A stretch of DNA of 64,000 nt. Origin: Candidatus Cloacimonadales bacterium (GTDB taxonomy: Bacteria > Cloacimonadota > Cloacimonadia > Cloacimonadales > JAFGVF01). The position numbers were made by a program, and so were the translations under genes. Under the pieces are notes generated by a model that saw only the letters and a program-made list of their open reading frames with translations, was not told the DNA's origin and made no database searches. This document shows positions 9,213 to 19,026 of the stretch, in pieces. Position 1 is the stretch's first letter; every line of letters starts with the position of its first letter. The stretch spans positions 832,001-896,000 of the forward strand of contig CAXXOU010000004.1 in NCBI GenBank assembly GCA_963677495.2. The letters are read 5' to 3'.

Positions 9213-10259
9213 ATGAAAAAGATTTTACTCATCTGTTTACTGAGCATTCTGCTATTGGGATTGAAAGCTAACTCTACAATTAATGACATTAGATTCGGAT
9301 ATTATGATTTTGGTACACGTATAGTTATTGAAACCGATAACACAACTGATTATACATACGATGTGATTAGTGGTGACCTTATACTCAGAATCAATTCATC
9401 AATCACAAAAACTGCAAGTAATATCAAGCCTAAATCCAAATTCATTAAATCTTTTAAGATTAGTGATGAAGATGACCAAACTGAGATAACAATCGCTACT
9501 CGCTTGTTTAGACGTCCAAATATCTTTACGCTCTCAGGTAGTCCATATAAGATAGTTGTCGACCTTTTGTGTGAACCATCTAAAGGCAAATATGCAAATG
9601 ATTTGGGTATTGCCAACTATCTCCGTAATCTTGGACTCAGGAAAGCAGCTGACGTAGAGTTTGCAAAGATTGAGAAAAGCAATCCTGATAAGAAAGACTT
9701 TTACTACTATTATGCCCTCAATGATTTAAAGCTCGCTCGAAAGAAAGATGCCATTAAGCATTTTAAGATGGTACCAACTAATGATAGAAACTATGCAGAT
9801 GCAGTAAAGCAACTAAAGAAACTAGGCGTTTCGATTGAACAGAAGAAGAAGGAAGTCGAGCCTGCACCTGTGCAGATAAAAGAGACTAAACCTCTTGAAA
9901 CTGAGGAGATTGTTGAGGTTGAAGAGGAAGTGGTAGAATCTGTTCACGAAGACAGTGATTCAACTTCTGTTGTAGACCCCTCTTTCTTTAAATCTCCGTT
10001 CTGGTATCTTACTCTTGTCATTGCTATCATAGTTATAGGCTCTACAATCTTCTTTTTTGTTAGAAGGAACTCCTTTAAGTCTAAGTTTGATGAAAGCAGT
10101 ATCAAGTTCGATAATGAGCATGACCTTAAGAGTAAGCATGAAGCTATACGAAAGCTATACAATCAGGGTTGGAGCGTTAAAGCTATTTCTAAAGAGCTGA
10201 ACATTGATCAAGATGATGTTTATCTGACTATTGAGGAAGAATCAGAAGGTAAAGCATAG
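9213..10259 (+). CDS. Hypothetical membrane protein: signal peptide, AMIN-like domain, TPR-like region, single TM, C-terminal HTH-like tail
   Basis: MKK + hydrophobic leader; 'IRFG..TRIVIE...PYKIVVDL' AMIN-like pattern; acidic linker; FWYLTLVIAIIVIGSTIFFFV TM; LYNQGWSVKAISKELNI tail. Confidence 0.6.
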   Translation: MKKILLICLLSILLLGLKANSTINDIRFGYYDFGTRIVIETDNTTDYTYDVISGDLILRINSSITKTASNIKPKSKFIKSFKISDEDDQTEITIATRLFRRPNIFTLSGSPYKIVVDLLCEPSKGKYANDLGIANYLRNLGLRKAADVEFAKIEKSNPDKKDFYYYYALNDLKLARKKDAIKHFKMVPTNDRNYADAVKQLKKLGVSIEQKKKEVEPAPVQIKETKPLETEEIVEVEEEVVESVHEDSDSTSVVDPSFFKSPFWYLTLVIAIIVIGSTIFFFVRRNSFKSKFDESSIKFDNEHDLKSKHEAIRKLYNQGWSVKAISKELNIDQDDVYLTIEEESEGKA

Positions 10260-11219
10260 TTGAGAATTATAATCATTAGAATGAGCTCTTTGGGGGATAT
10301 TATCCTCACGGAGCCTATCACTGCACTTCTTAAGAAAGAGTTTCCTGATGCTGACATCGATTATCTAACTAAACCGGTTTTCAAGGAGCTTGTTTCGCTC
10401 TTCCCACATGTTGATAACATTCATACAGATTACAAGAACCGTGGTTTTCTAAAATCTTTAGGGCAGTATGATTATGCCTTTGATTTACATGGAAAGCTCA
10501 GTTCTGCAATAGCTTTGCATGCTATCAGAGCTACGAAGAAGTTTACATATAAAAAACAAAGACTCTTGAGACAAAAGATAGTGGCAGGAAGAACAGATGC
10601 ATCAATTTCATCTACAAGCAGCTTGTACTTCTCTGCAATTGAACCTGTTATTGGAAAACAGGATATTCCCAATCCAAGTATAACTATTCCTCATATAGAA
10701 GATATCCTTAACAAGACTGATAGACTTCAAGTTGGCATATTCCCCGGAGCCAGTTACAATAGTAAGCGTTGGCCTTCTGAGTATTTCAAGCTTCTTATTG
10801 AAGATTTGATTTCCAAATCAAAGGCCGAAGTCACACTATTAGGTTCTAAGTCTGAGTACGAACTTTGTGAGTCTATTGCATCAATACATCCGACGTATTG
10901 CACTAATAGAGCCGGGGAGTTTGATCTAGTTAGACTTGCCAAGTTTGTAAGTGAGTTTGACTTGCTTATAACAAATGACAGCGGTCCGATGCATTTAGCA
11001 TCTGCTTATGCTAAACCATTAGTGGCAATCTTTGGAGCAACTCACCCTCGTCTTGGCTTTGCTCCTATGAATGATAATGCCGTTGTTTTAACTATGGATT
11101 ATCCCTGTCAACCGTGTTCCTTACATGGGGGAGATGTCTGCCCTTTGAAACACTTTAGATGCATGCAGGACATCTTACCTGATGAAGTATATAATGCCTG
11201 CTTGAAAGTACTGGAGTAA
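10260..11219 (+). CDS. Glycosyltransferase family 9 (LPS heptosyltransferase-like)
   Basis: IRMSSLGDII, PGAS...KRWP, TNDSGPMHLA, IFGAT, C.PC...C...HF.CM. Confidence 0.9.
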   Translation: MRIIIIRMSSLGDIILTEPITALLKKEFPDADIDYLTKPVFKELVSLFPHVDNIHTDYKNRGFLKSLGQYDYAFDLHGKLSSAIALHAIRATKKFTYKKQRLLRQKIVAGRTDASISSTSSLYFSAIEPVIGKQDIPNPSITIPHIEDILNKTDRLQVGIFPGASYNSKRWPSEYFKLLIEDLISKSKAEVTLLGSKSEYELCESIASIHPTYCTNRAGEFDLVRLAKFVSEFDLLITNDSGPMHLASAYAKPLVAIFGATHPRLGFAPMNDNAVVLTMDYPCQPCSLHGGDVCPLKHFRCMQDILPDEVYNACLKVLE

Positions 11220-11222
11220 ATT

Positions 11223-12314
11223 ATGTTAAAGAAAATGATAGAGGTCCCCCCCTCCAGAATTATTGAGGTGGGGAATATTATAAAGAGATTATCAAAAGAA
11301 ACAGGCGAGGAATATTTAGCTTTAAATCGTGGAGTAAATGCTGTTGAACCAATAGATTTAAACCAACTTGTTAAGTCTATGGACTTAAATCAAGGTGTAT
11401 TACAGAATTACCCTGTATCACATGGCTCGGAAACATTCAAAAAAGCTGTGATTGATGAATATTTTGATAATAGAACTACTTTAGATATGATAACAGTAAC
11501 AACAGGTGCTATTAGTGCTTTAGATTTAATATTGAGAGTCACAAGTCCAACTACAATCTACTTACCGAAGTTCTTCTGGGGGCCATATCGCTATCTTGCT
11601 GAGTTAAACGGTCACAAAGTGAGTTTCTATCAAGAATTGACAGAATCGTTCGAAAAAGATGCCATTTTAGTGATTTGTGACCCTAATAATCCTACCGGTG
11701 CTAAGTTTGATGACGATTACCTCTATGAAAACTTGGAAAGAATCTCTAACTCAGGAACTATGGTTCTTTTCGATAGTCCCTATCGTCGAATGAGAAAGGA
11801 TAGATCGGATGATTTCTTTAAACGTATCTCTCATCTTGAGAATGTGGTTACAATAGAATCTTTCAGTAAATCCTTAGGGATACCGGGACTTAGGATTGCG
11901 TTCATCAGAACCATTAATCAAGATTTGACAAATGCAGTGAGAACAAGACTTACATACGGCTTTAGTGGAGTTAACATGTTTTCGCAACAAGTTGTAGTTA
12001 AGCTTCTTACGACTGAAACAGGACAGCAAATAGTCAAGCGATTCAAGCAAACAACGAACAATGAAATAGTCAAAAACATCAATTGGCTTAGAGATAACAA
12101 ATTACTTGAGGAATCATTATACACACAGGAACCGGATGGAATCTTTGCAATTGTCAACAAATCGGAAGAATATCTTCTTAGCAAAAGAATTGGGGCAGTA
12201 ACATTAAACTTCTTCACAGCTCTACCTGAGTTAATGAATCGATATTCTAACTGTTCAAGAATCTGTGTATCAGTTCCTCATACTAAATTCGTGGAGTATT
12301 TTAAAGGAGTCTAG
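11223..12314 (+). CDS. PLP-dependent aminotransferase class I/II
   Basis: VTTGA, DPNNPTG, FDSPY, ESFSKSLGIPGLRIA. Confidence 0.85.
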   Translation: MLKKMIEVPPSRIIEVGNIIKRLSKETGEEYLALNRGVNAVEPIDLNQLVKSMDLNQGVLQNYPVSHGSETFKKAVIDEYFDNRTTLDMITVTTGAISALDLILRVTSPTTIYLPKFFWGPYRYLAELNGHKVSFYQELTESFEKDAILVICDPNNPTGAKFDDDYLYENLERISNSGTMVLFDSPYRRMRKDRSDDFFKRISHLENVVTIESFSKSLGIPGLRIAFIRTINQDLTNAVRTRLTYGFSGVNMFSQQVVVKLLTTETGQQIVKRFKQTTNNEIVKNINWLRDNKLLEESLYTQEPDGIFAIVNKSEEYLLSKRIGAVTLNFFTALPELMNRYSNCSRICVSVPHTKFVEYFKGV

Positions 12315-12392
12315 CACTCAAATCTCTAATTGAGCAGTATTTTTCTACTTTGTACTCATGCTGTCTTTTCTACCTTTCAGCAAACTATCTAT

Positions 12393-12819
12393 CAAAACGC
12401 AGTCATCCCACTGTTTTCCCACTGTGCACGCACTGTGCACCCAGTGAAACAGTGGGTTGGCAGTGCCTTCACAGTGCGTGCACAGTGCAAACACAGTGCG
12501 TTGATGGATAGTGCAGTAAAAGAGAGTAAAAAGGGAATAAAATGTAGCTAAGTTATTGGTAATGGCACTGCGTATGATATTCTGAAGCAGTCACCTGTAC
12601 GACTGAAAGGAGTTTGGGGAATTGCGACTTCGAAGTACACGAATATAACTGATACGCATTTCCCCAAGCTCGAAAACTCGCACTGGTGACTGCTCCTGTT
12701 GTGGGGCGAGGATGAAAACTTATCAAAAGAGGTATAGTAGTGTATTTTAGGAAGTCCGTTGCCCTATCAGGCCGACAAACTCCCTGAAATGCGGTAAGTT
12801 ATTGCGAAATGCAAAGTAT
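12393..12819. repeat. Composite repeat, locus 3 (CASTG phased array + long hairpin element + conserved B module)
   Basis: 12393-12575 nearly identical to 60276-60458 and to the reverse complement of 31690-31872; 12583-12698 ~ reverse complement of 31424-31532; 12745-12805 ~ reverse complement of 3312-3375. Confidence 0.9.
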
Positions 12820-12823
12820 AGGT

Positions 12824-13594
12824 TTACTTCCTAATCATATCGAAGACAATCTTAGCTAGTAGAAGTGTAAGGGCTCCAATAAATACCGGTTTTATTATCT
12901 TATTGCCTTTTTTAACGACAAGATGTGAGCCTGTAAGATTTCCTGCGATACCAAATATAGCAGCTGGAATTGCTAAACTGAAGATAACTTTACCATTTAT
13001 TAGAAACGTGGTTAAAGCTGCAATGTTAGAAGCAAGATTAACAACTTTAGTATTACCATTAGCAATTTTGAAATCATACCTTAAAGATAAGGTATATATC
13101 ATTATAAGAAAAGCACCTGTACCGGGGCCAAAGAAGCCATCATAAAATCCAATTATAAGACCTGCTAAAGAGCCAATAAGCATCTTCTTTAGTTTCGATA
13201 CTTTATGAGAATGATTATCTTTTCCCATCTCTTTTTTAAAGAGTGTAAAGAGAGTCATAGCAGGGATTAGCACTAACAATAAATAGTTAAGAAATGATGG
13301 GTCAAGCCAGAGAACAGTCTTTGTACCTAAAGTAGAGCCAACAAGGGCAAAAACAGCACTTATTAGAGCAACAGGAATATCAATTAAACCATGTTTAAAA
13401 TACTTGGCAGTAGAGAAGATTGTGCCACTACAAGATGAGAACTTATTGTTTCCTAAAGCAAAGTGGGGTGGAAGTCCGGCAGCTAAGTAAGCCGGGACAG
13501 ATATTAGTCCCCCTCCACCTGCAATTGAATCAATCAATCCGGCAAGATAAATCATTGGTAATACAATCAGATATGTAGTGAAAGATAATTCCAT
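12824..13594 (-). CDS. TSUP / TauE-SafE family transporter (YfcA-like)
   Basis: AGLIDSIAGGGGLISVP, GFYDGFFGPGTG, K.VNLASN; multiple TMs. Confidence 0.92.
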   Translation of the reverse strand: MELSFTTYLIVLPMIYLAGLIDSIAGGGGLISVPAYLAAGLPPHFALGNNKFSSCSGTIFSTAKYFKHGLIDIPVALISAVFALVGSTLGTKTVLWLDPSFLNYLLLVLIPAMTLFTLFKKEMGKDNHSHKVSKLKKMLIGSLAGLIIGFYDGFFGPGTGAFLIMIYTLSLRYDFKIANGNTKVVNLASNIAALTTFLINGKVIFSLAIPAAIFGIAGNLTGSHLVVKKGNKIIKPVFIGALTLLLAKIVFDMIRK

Positions 13595-13597
13595 ATG

Positions 13598-16500
13598 TTA
13601 AAACTCCGCTTTTATCTCTAATGTTAGCTTATGCTCAGTGGGGTCATCAGGATAACTATTGCCTGTATAGTCAAGGTTTGCGGAAGTATATTTATTAAAC
13701 TTATAGAACACTTTTAGTGCCCAGTTTGTTATAACACCATCTCGTTTACCGGAATAGTTTGTTAAAAATGATGAGCCGGTACGAGTGTTAGATGTGAAAT
13801 CAAAAGAGCTATTAATCTTAAAGCGTTTATAATACCAAGTTGCAGAAGGACTCACTGATAGGGAAGTTATTTCGTAATCGTCGTCACCGGATTGTTTTGA
13901 ACCTTCCTCTAACTGATAGGAGAGTTGATTTCTTAATATTAGTTTCGTAGATAGTTTCTTCTCAATATCAAGTGATATATTGTTCTGGGAAACGTCAGAA
14001 CTATACTTAGAATCTTTACCATCGGTTCTTCTGTAGCCAAAGTCCCAATCAAGCGTCAGTAAGTCATTCAACCTGATTGATGAATCATATATGGTTTCCA
14101 TAGTCTCAGTAGCATTGTCAAACTCGCTTAAATATCTATTATCAAGGGTTTCGTTTGACTCGTAACTAAGCACTGAGAAACATTTTTTAGGTATTAAATC
14201 CAGCCAAAAAGTTTGTCTTAGAAGTCGATTAGAATAGATGGAAGTGGAATCATTAAAGGTGGTTGAAGGTCTTAATAGATAAACATCCCATCTCTTATCT
14301 GAACGAGAGTTTTCAGTAACCTGAGCATAAGATTCAGATTGAATTCCACTTAATAATCCCTCTTTGAAAAGCGACTTGAAATCAATAAATAGGCTAGTAT
14401 CAGCGTTTAGCTCAATTGATAGCTCTGAATCACCGGAATTAATATATTCATAGTCGTAAAGGAGCTCCTCTTCGAACTCTCCATTCTCATCATAGATACC
14501 TTCCTCTTCTCCAACATATACGAGAGAACGAACTTGTGGATAGAACTCCAAGTTGTTCACTTCATAGTTACAATTAAGGTTCATTGTATTATCAAGAAAA
14601 CCGGTTATTGAGCTTAATTTAACTAAATCAACGTTTTGCTTGTTATCATCAACTTTATCATTCACCTGACTATGGTTATAAAAAAGGTTGAAATGGTAGT
14701 CTTGATAATTAAGACTATGCTGAGTAGAGATAGTGTAGGTATCTTTACTTCTATCCCAATCATTAGATACTGAAAGCGTATCATTTTGTTCTATTCTATA
14801 GCTGGCATTTCCCTGATAATGCTTTAAGTCTTGTGTGCCTAATCCACTAGTGTAGCTAACATATCTGGTTCCGGTTTCGTTAACAACTAATGGGTTCTGT
14901 TTTGATGAGTAGTTTGCATATGCTCCGGTTAAATTGAGATAACGATAAACATAAGATAAAAGGAGCTCATGCCTTTCCGTATCTGACTCTGAATAGATGT
15001 AATCCTCGTACTCCTCTTGAGTTAACAAAAGAGAGTAGTTTATTGAGGGGTTATAATCAGAGATCTGCGAAATACTGGTGCTAAGTTTTGCATAGTTTTG
15101 TGTGAACAGATCTTTGCTATCATTATGTTTAAGTTTAAGGTCAAATTTGAACTTATCAGAAATAGATGTTCCGGCACTTAGGTCATATTCTTTAACTGAA
15201 ACAGTATCAGAAGGTGGAAGATATATCAGGCTATAGCTATCTCCAGCATCTTTAATGTCAGCAAAGAGATCTCTATCTTTACCTAATAGGGTAGCAGAGA
15301 ACGATAGATATGGTGAAACCTTATCCCAATTTGGTTTAACTAGTAACTTACCAAAACCGGACCAACTATCATTATCTGAATCATCCTTTGAGCTAAATGT
15401 ATTTTTATCATAATGAGTATATATAGCTTCTGATGTTACTTTGAACCAATCAGAACCATATTTTAGAGAGAAATCAATATTGTTCTTTAATTCGGGAGCG
15501 TAAAGTTGCTTTAATGGTAACCATTCACCTTCACCGGTTCCTCGATATTCATACACAGAGGGGCTAATCTCGGAATAATCACCTTGTCCTAAACCAAAGT
15601 AGGTAAAGCTGATATCATAAACACCAAGTGTGTCAGAATGAACATAGTAATCTCCTGAATCAGAAAGAACATATTGTCCTAATCCCGAATCGAACGGCCC
15701 TAATACTCCATTTACATATATAGCAGCATCTCCACTATCTTTGAGAGCATCAAGTTCATCATCCGTAAAATCCGTATCAATAGGTTGATTCCTATTATCA
15801 GAACGTGAAATCAAATAAGTATCAAAACGCAGGTTCTCAAAAAGATTAATTCCGGCATTAGCTAGATAGAGGTTCTGATTATACTTCTCGTTGGAGTATT
15901 GAAAAGTAACTCTTATGGAAGTATTGGAGTTCACAATCTTAATAAATGTTATGGAGCCATCTGAATAATCAATAACATAATCACTTCCTCTAGATGCTTC
16001 CACACCATTTATATAAACAACTTCCGTACCCGGGACGATTAACAAATTATATGGATTATCAGCTATTGAAAGATAGTATGGACCTTGCTTACCATCAAGG
16101 CAATTGAAGCTATTCTCAGCATTCTTGGCTTTTGTAACTGCTAAAGCACCACCGGCATTGAAACTAGTCTGATATGATGCTTTGAGTCCCTCAAACTTAG
16201 TAGAGTAGTTAATGAATTTTGTATCAGAATACTCTGATTCCAAGTCACCGAATGCAAGTTCATATTGTTTACCATACAATCTTATATAGATCTCATCTAA
16301 ACTACTAAGCTCCTTAGAATTACCTTCAGGTGAAATTGGTGATTCGCTATCAGATAACTGAGCTTCAATATTAATATTGTTACTTAACTCACCACTAATC
16401 TTAAGAAACAGAGATTGATCTAAATCAACACCTTGATCTCTTGTTACGGAGATTGAGAAAGTCTTAGAACCGGTGATTAATAGTTTGCTATTGCTATTAA

Positions 16501-16879
16501 AAAGTTGCCGTTTAGGTTTAACATTTTTAATGCTTAAAGAATCAGATAACACTATTTTTTTAAAATAGACGAAGCTTTCAGTGATACTTTTTGGTACAAC
16601 GGAATAGCTTACGTAAAGAGTTCCATTAGGTGCAGTTAAGAAATATACAATACCATTATTAGTTTGCACGGAATAGTCTTTATCGATGATCAAAGTATCA
16701 CCCAAAGAGGTGATTGTTAAAGTATTAGCGATTATTGGGGAAGCTTTAAGCTGAAACTCCTTATTAATACCATTACCCTCAATAGTCTCAACTCGGGAAA
16801 GGGGAGAGGAGTAACTCAATCCCCAGATGAAAGATGAGATTATCGATATGGTTATTAATAGAAGGTTCTTCTTCAACAT
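13598..16879 (-). CDS. Large hypothetical outer-membrane (beta-barrel-like) protein
   Basis: Signal peptide, 1093 aa, alternating aromatic beta-strand pattern, C-terminal Phe (IKAEF); 'GSKTFSIS...QSL.L.ISG.L...PEGN...L' N-terminal block. Confidence 0.6.
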   Translation of the reverse strand: MLKKNLLLITISIISSFIWGLSYSSPLSRVETIEGNGINKEFQLKASPIIANTLTITSLGDTLIIDKDYSVQTNNGIVYFLTAPNGTLYVSYSVVPKSITESFVYFKKIVLSDSLSIKNVKPKRQLFNSNSKLLITGSKTFSISVTRDQGVDLDQSLFLKISGELSNNINIEAQLSDSESPISPEGNSKELSSLDEIYIRLYGKQYELAFGDLESEYSDTKFINYSTKFEGLKASYQTSFNAGGALAVTKAKNAENSFNCLDGKQGPYYLSIADNPYNLLIVPGTEVVYINGVEASRGSDYVIDYSDGSITFIKIVNSNTSIRVTFQYSNEKYNQNLYLANAGINLFENLRFDTYLISRSDNRNQPIDTDFTDDELDALKDSGDAAIYVNGVLGPFDSGLGQYVLSDSGDYYVHSDTLGVYDISFTYFGLGQGDYSEISPSVYEYRGTGEGEWLPLKQLYAPELKNNIDFSLKYGSDWFKVTSEAIYTHYDKNTFSSKDDSDNDSWSGFGKLLVKPNWDKVSPYLSFSATLLGKDRDLFADIKDAGDSYSLIYLPPSDTVSVKEYDLSAGTSISDKFKFDLKLKHNDSKDLFTQNYAKLSTSISQISDYNPSINYSLLLTQEEYEDYIYSESDTERHELLLSYVYRYLNLTGAYANYSSKQNPLVVNETGTRYVSYTSGLGTQDLKHYQGNASYRIEQNDTLSVSNDWDRSKDTYTISTQHSLNYQDYHFNLFYNHSQVNDKVDDNKQNVDLVKLSSITGFLDNTMNLNCNYEVNNLEFYPQVRSLVYVGEEEGIYDENGEFEEELLYDYEYINSGDSELSIELNADTSLFIDFKSLFKEGLLSGIQSESYAQVTENSRSDKRWDVYLLRPSTTFNDSTSIYSNRLLRQTFWLDLIPKKCFSVLSYESNETLDNRYLSEFDNATETMETIYDSSIRLNDLLTLDWDFGYRRTDGKDSKYSSDVSQNNISLDIEKKLSTKLILRNQLSYQLEEGSKQSGDDDYEITSLSVSPSATWYYKRFKINSSFDFTSNTRTGSSFLTNYSGKRDGVITNWALKVFYKFNKYTSANLDYTGNSYPDDPTEHKLTLEIKAEF

Positions 16880-17338
16880 CTAGTATATTTTAACCTTATA
16901 GTTCACTAACTTTGAGTTTTCATAAACAAATTTAGCAGAGAAGAATTTACCTTCAAACATCCATTTCAGAAAAAGATGGTCACCTTCCCATAATGGTAGT
17001 TGGAAGAGCATATCATCATCAATCCATTCAAGGTTCCCCTCAGGAGAATCAATAAGTTCACCGGAGAATCCCGTAACCTCATATAAATAGACATACCAAT
17101 CGTTCTTACCATCAAAAAGAGGGAATGTAAGTACACCGGCTAGCCTATAGTCATTAATAGTTAAACCACTTTCTTCTAGAACTTCACGTTCTAAGCATTC
17201 TTCCGGTGATTCTCCCTTTTCGAATTTACCACCAAGACCATTCCATTTATCTTTATGGATATCGTTCTCTTTTTTCACCCTATGAAGCATCAGGGTTTTA
17301 TTATCATTTCTAATATAACATAGTGTTGCTTGTATCAT
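16880..17338 (-). CDS. NUDIX hydrolase, 8-oxo-dGTP diphosphatase (MutX/MTH1-like)
   Basis: WNGLGGKFEKGESPEECLEREVLEESGL Nudix box; EG.LEW, LWEGD. Confidence 0.9.
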   Translation of the reverse strand: MIQATLCYIRNDNKTLMLHRVKKENDIHKDKWNGLGGKFEKGESPEECLEREVLEESGLTINDYRLAGVLTFPLFDGKNDWYVYLYEVTGFSGELIDSPEGNLEWIDDDMLFQLPLWEGDHLFLKWMFEGKFFSAKFVYENSKLVNYKVKIY

Positions 17339-17346
17339 AAATACCT

Positions 17347-19026
17347 CTAAAACTTAGTTTCTAAACCAAAGTGTAACATACCGTTCATGGGGGAAGTCCA
17401 TTCGTTTGAATCATATCCAAGAGCATAATCTATACCTAAAATACCAACCGGAGTTGATAGCCTTAATCCTAATCCGGTACCAATAAGATTGTATTGAGAT
17501 TTTTCCTCATCCACATCTTTGTATTGCATAACACCATAATCGAAGAATAAATGCATCCTGGAATCTCTATTTAGCAGATAGCGTAGCTCAATATTACTCC
17601 AACCTGTAAGGTATCCATTAAATCTTTGCTCTGCAAAACCTCTTAGACTATTGAAACCACCCATTCTATATTGATTGTATATTTCAACATCATGATCAGT
17701 AACATAATTTCCGTTTACACCAAACATAAAGACAAGGTTCTTAGTTATTGTCTCATAATTGTGCCAACTTAACTCGGTGTGTTCTCTCTCGGAAGTCAAG
17801 GAATCTGATTCAACATATGTGAATCTAAATCTTACATCAAGCTCCATACCGGTAGTGGGGTTTAATGAGTAATCAACATTTGAATGTCGCCAGAAGAACC
17901 CGATTGAATACTGCTTTTCAGGTTCTATAGTGATTGGTCTTCTCGAACCGGCTGCAATGTCATTATAACCTATTTCTAATCCATATCGATTCTTTAGATT
18001 GTAGTAATAGATCTCAGAGGTGACACTAGAGTCAATGTATGTTGAATCCTGCTCCACTCTATTTAACTCAATATTACCACCTACAGGGATATTTATTGGT
18101 CCCGAATCTTCATAGTAAAGATTTAATTGGCTGTAATCGTTTGGGTAGCTTTCCCAATTGAAATGAAGATTTCTATCGGTACCAAAGAGATTTAAAAACT
18201 TAAAGTTGATATATCCACTAAACTGACTTCCGGCTTCTTCTGAATTGTCATAACCGGCTAATCCTGATAGATAAGTCATTTTATCCTCTTGAATGTCAAA
18301 CATTAGGGTGCTTTCATCAATAGGAAAGATATTGCATTCGCGAATATATTCCTTCTTTCTTATATTTTCGGATGCTTGCTCTAATACATCAGGAGAATAG
18401 GAGCTATTGCTTCTTATACCTGAAATCTTCACTAGGATATCATCTTTAGTAACTTTATTACCTCTGAAGGAGAACTTTTTAAAGTGACAGGGCTTACCCT
18501 CATCTATTCGTATGATTGCTTTAAATGTACCATTAAGACTAACCATTTCATCTATCTTTGTTTGAACGAAAAGATAGTTCCTGCTAATATATAAATCGGT
18601 AGTTTGTTTTAGTATGTCATTAAGATCTGCCAGCTCAATAGGTAACTTAAGATGTAACTTATCCTTGAGTTTAGATTCTGAGAAATATTTGTTACCAACA
18701 AACTCAATATTACTGATAATAATTGATTTCTCGTTTCTAATCTTAAAGATAACTGTGACAGTGTTGTTTGAGATTGGAACGATCTCCGGATTCGCTATTT
18801 CAACCAAATGCAGATTACTTTTTTTATAGTATTCAAGTAATCTTTGCTTATCAGCAAGGAGTACATCATTATTGAATGGATCACCTTGCTTAGTGCTGAC
18901 TATCTTTTCTAGTACTTTATCAGGGAAATGCGTATTGCCTTCAAAAGTTATCTCACTAATGATTACTTCACAACTTGCATTGATTGCAATAATTAGAATG
19001 GTTAATAACAGGAGTTTTCTTAGCAT
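17347..19026 (-). CDS. BamA/TamA (Omp85) family outer-membrane protein with POTRA repeats
   Basis: Repeated I..I.F.GN POTRA starts, GG..SLRGF, G.GLR..TPVG.L.IDYA, C-terminal Phe. Confidence 0.85.
   Translation of the reverse strand: MLRKLLLLTILIIAINASCEVIISEITFEGNTHFPDKVLEKIVSTKQGDPFNNDVLLADKQRLLEYYKKSNLHLVEIANPEIVPISNNTVTVIFKIRNEKSIIISNIEFVGNKYFSESKLKDKLHLKLPIELADLNDILKQTTDLYISRNYLFVQTKIDEMVSLNGTFKAIIRIDEGKPCHFKKFSFRGNKVTKDDILVKISGIRSNSSYSPDVLEQASENIRKKEYIRECNIFPIDESTLMFDIQEDKMTYLSGLAGYDNSEEAGSQFSGYINFKFLNLFGTDRNLHFNWESYPNDYSQLNLYYEDSGPINIPVGGNIELNRVEQDSTYIDSSVTSEIYYYNLKNRYGLEIGYNDIAAGSRRPITIEPEKQYSIGFFWRHSNVDYSLNPTTGMELDVRFRFTYVESDSLTSEREHTELSWHNYETITKNLVFMFGVNGNYVTDHDVEIYNQYRMGGFNSLRGFAEQRFNGYLTGWSNIELRYLLNRDSRMHLFFDYGVMQYKDVDEEKSQYNLIGTGLGLRLSTPVGILGIDYALGYDSNEWTSPMNGMLHFGLETKF

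Noticed and set aside
12393..12520. CRISPR array interpretation of the periodic repeats
   Set aside because: Units are 9-11 bp with 5-6-nt cores, not 23-47-nt repeats with unique spacers; no cas genes in the window
12330..12551. Short ORFs within mosaics (also 2953-3195, 3311-3523, 3520-3798, 8555-8779, 8850-9050, 31615-31893, 41452-41733, 49921-50190)
   Set aside because: They lie over palindromic repeats and have Cys/His/Ser-rich non-protein-like composition with no clear RBS; similar peptides recur only because the DNA repeat recurs
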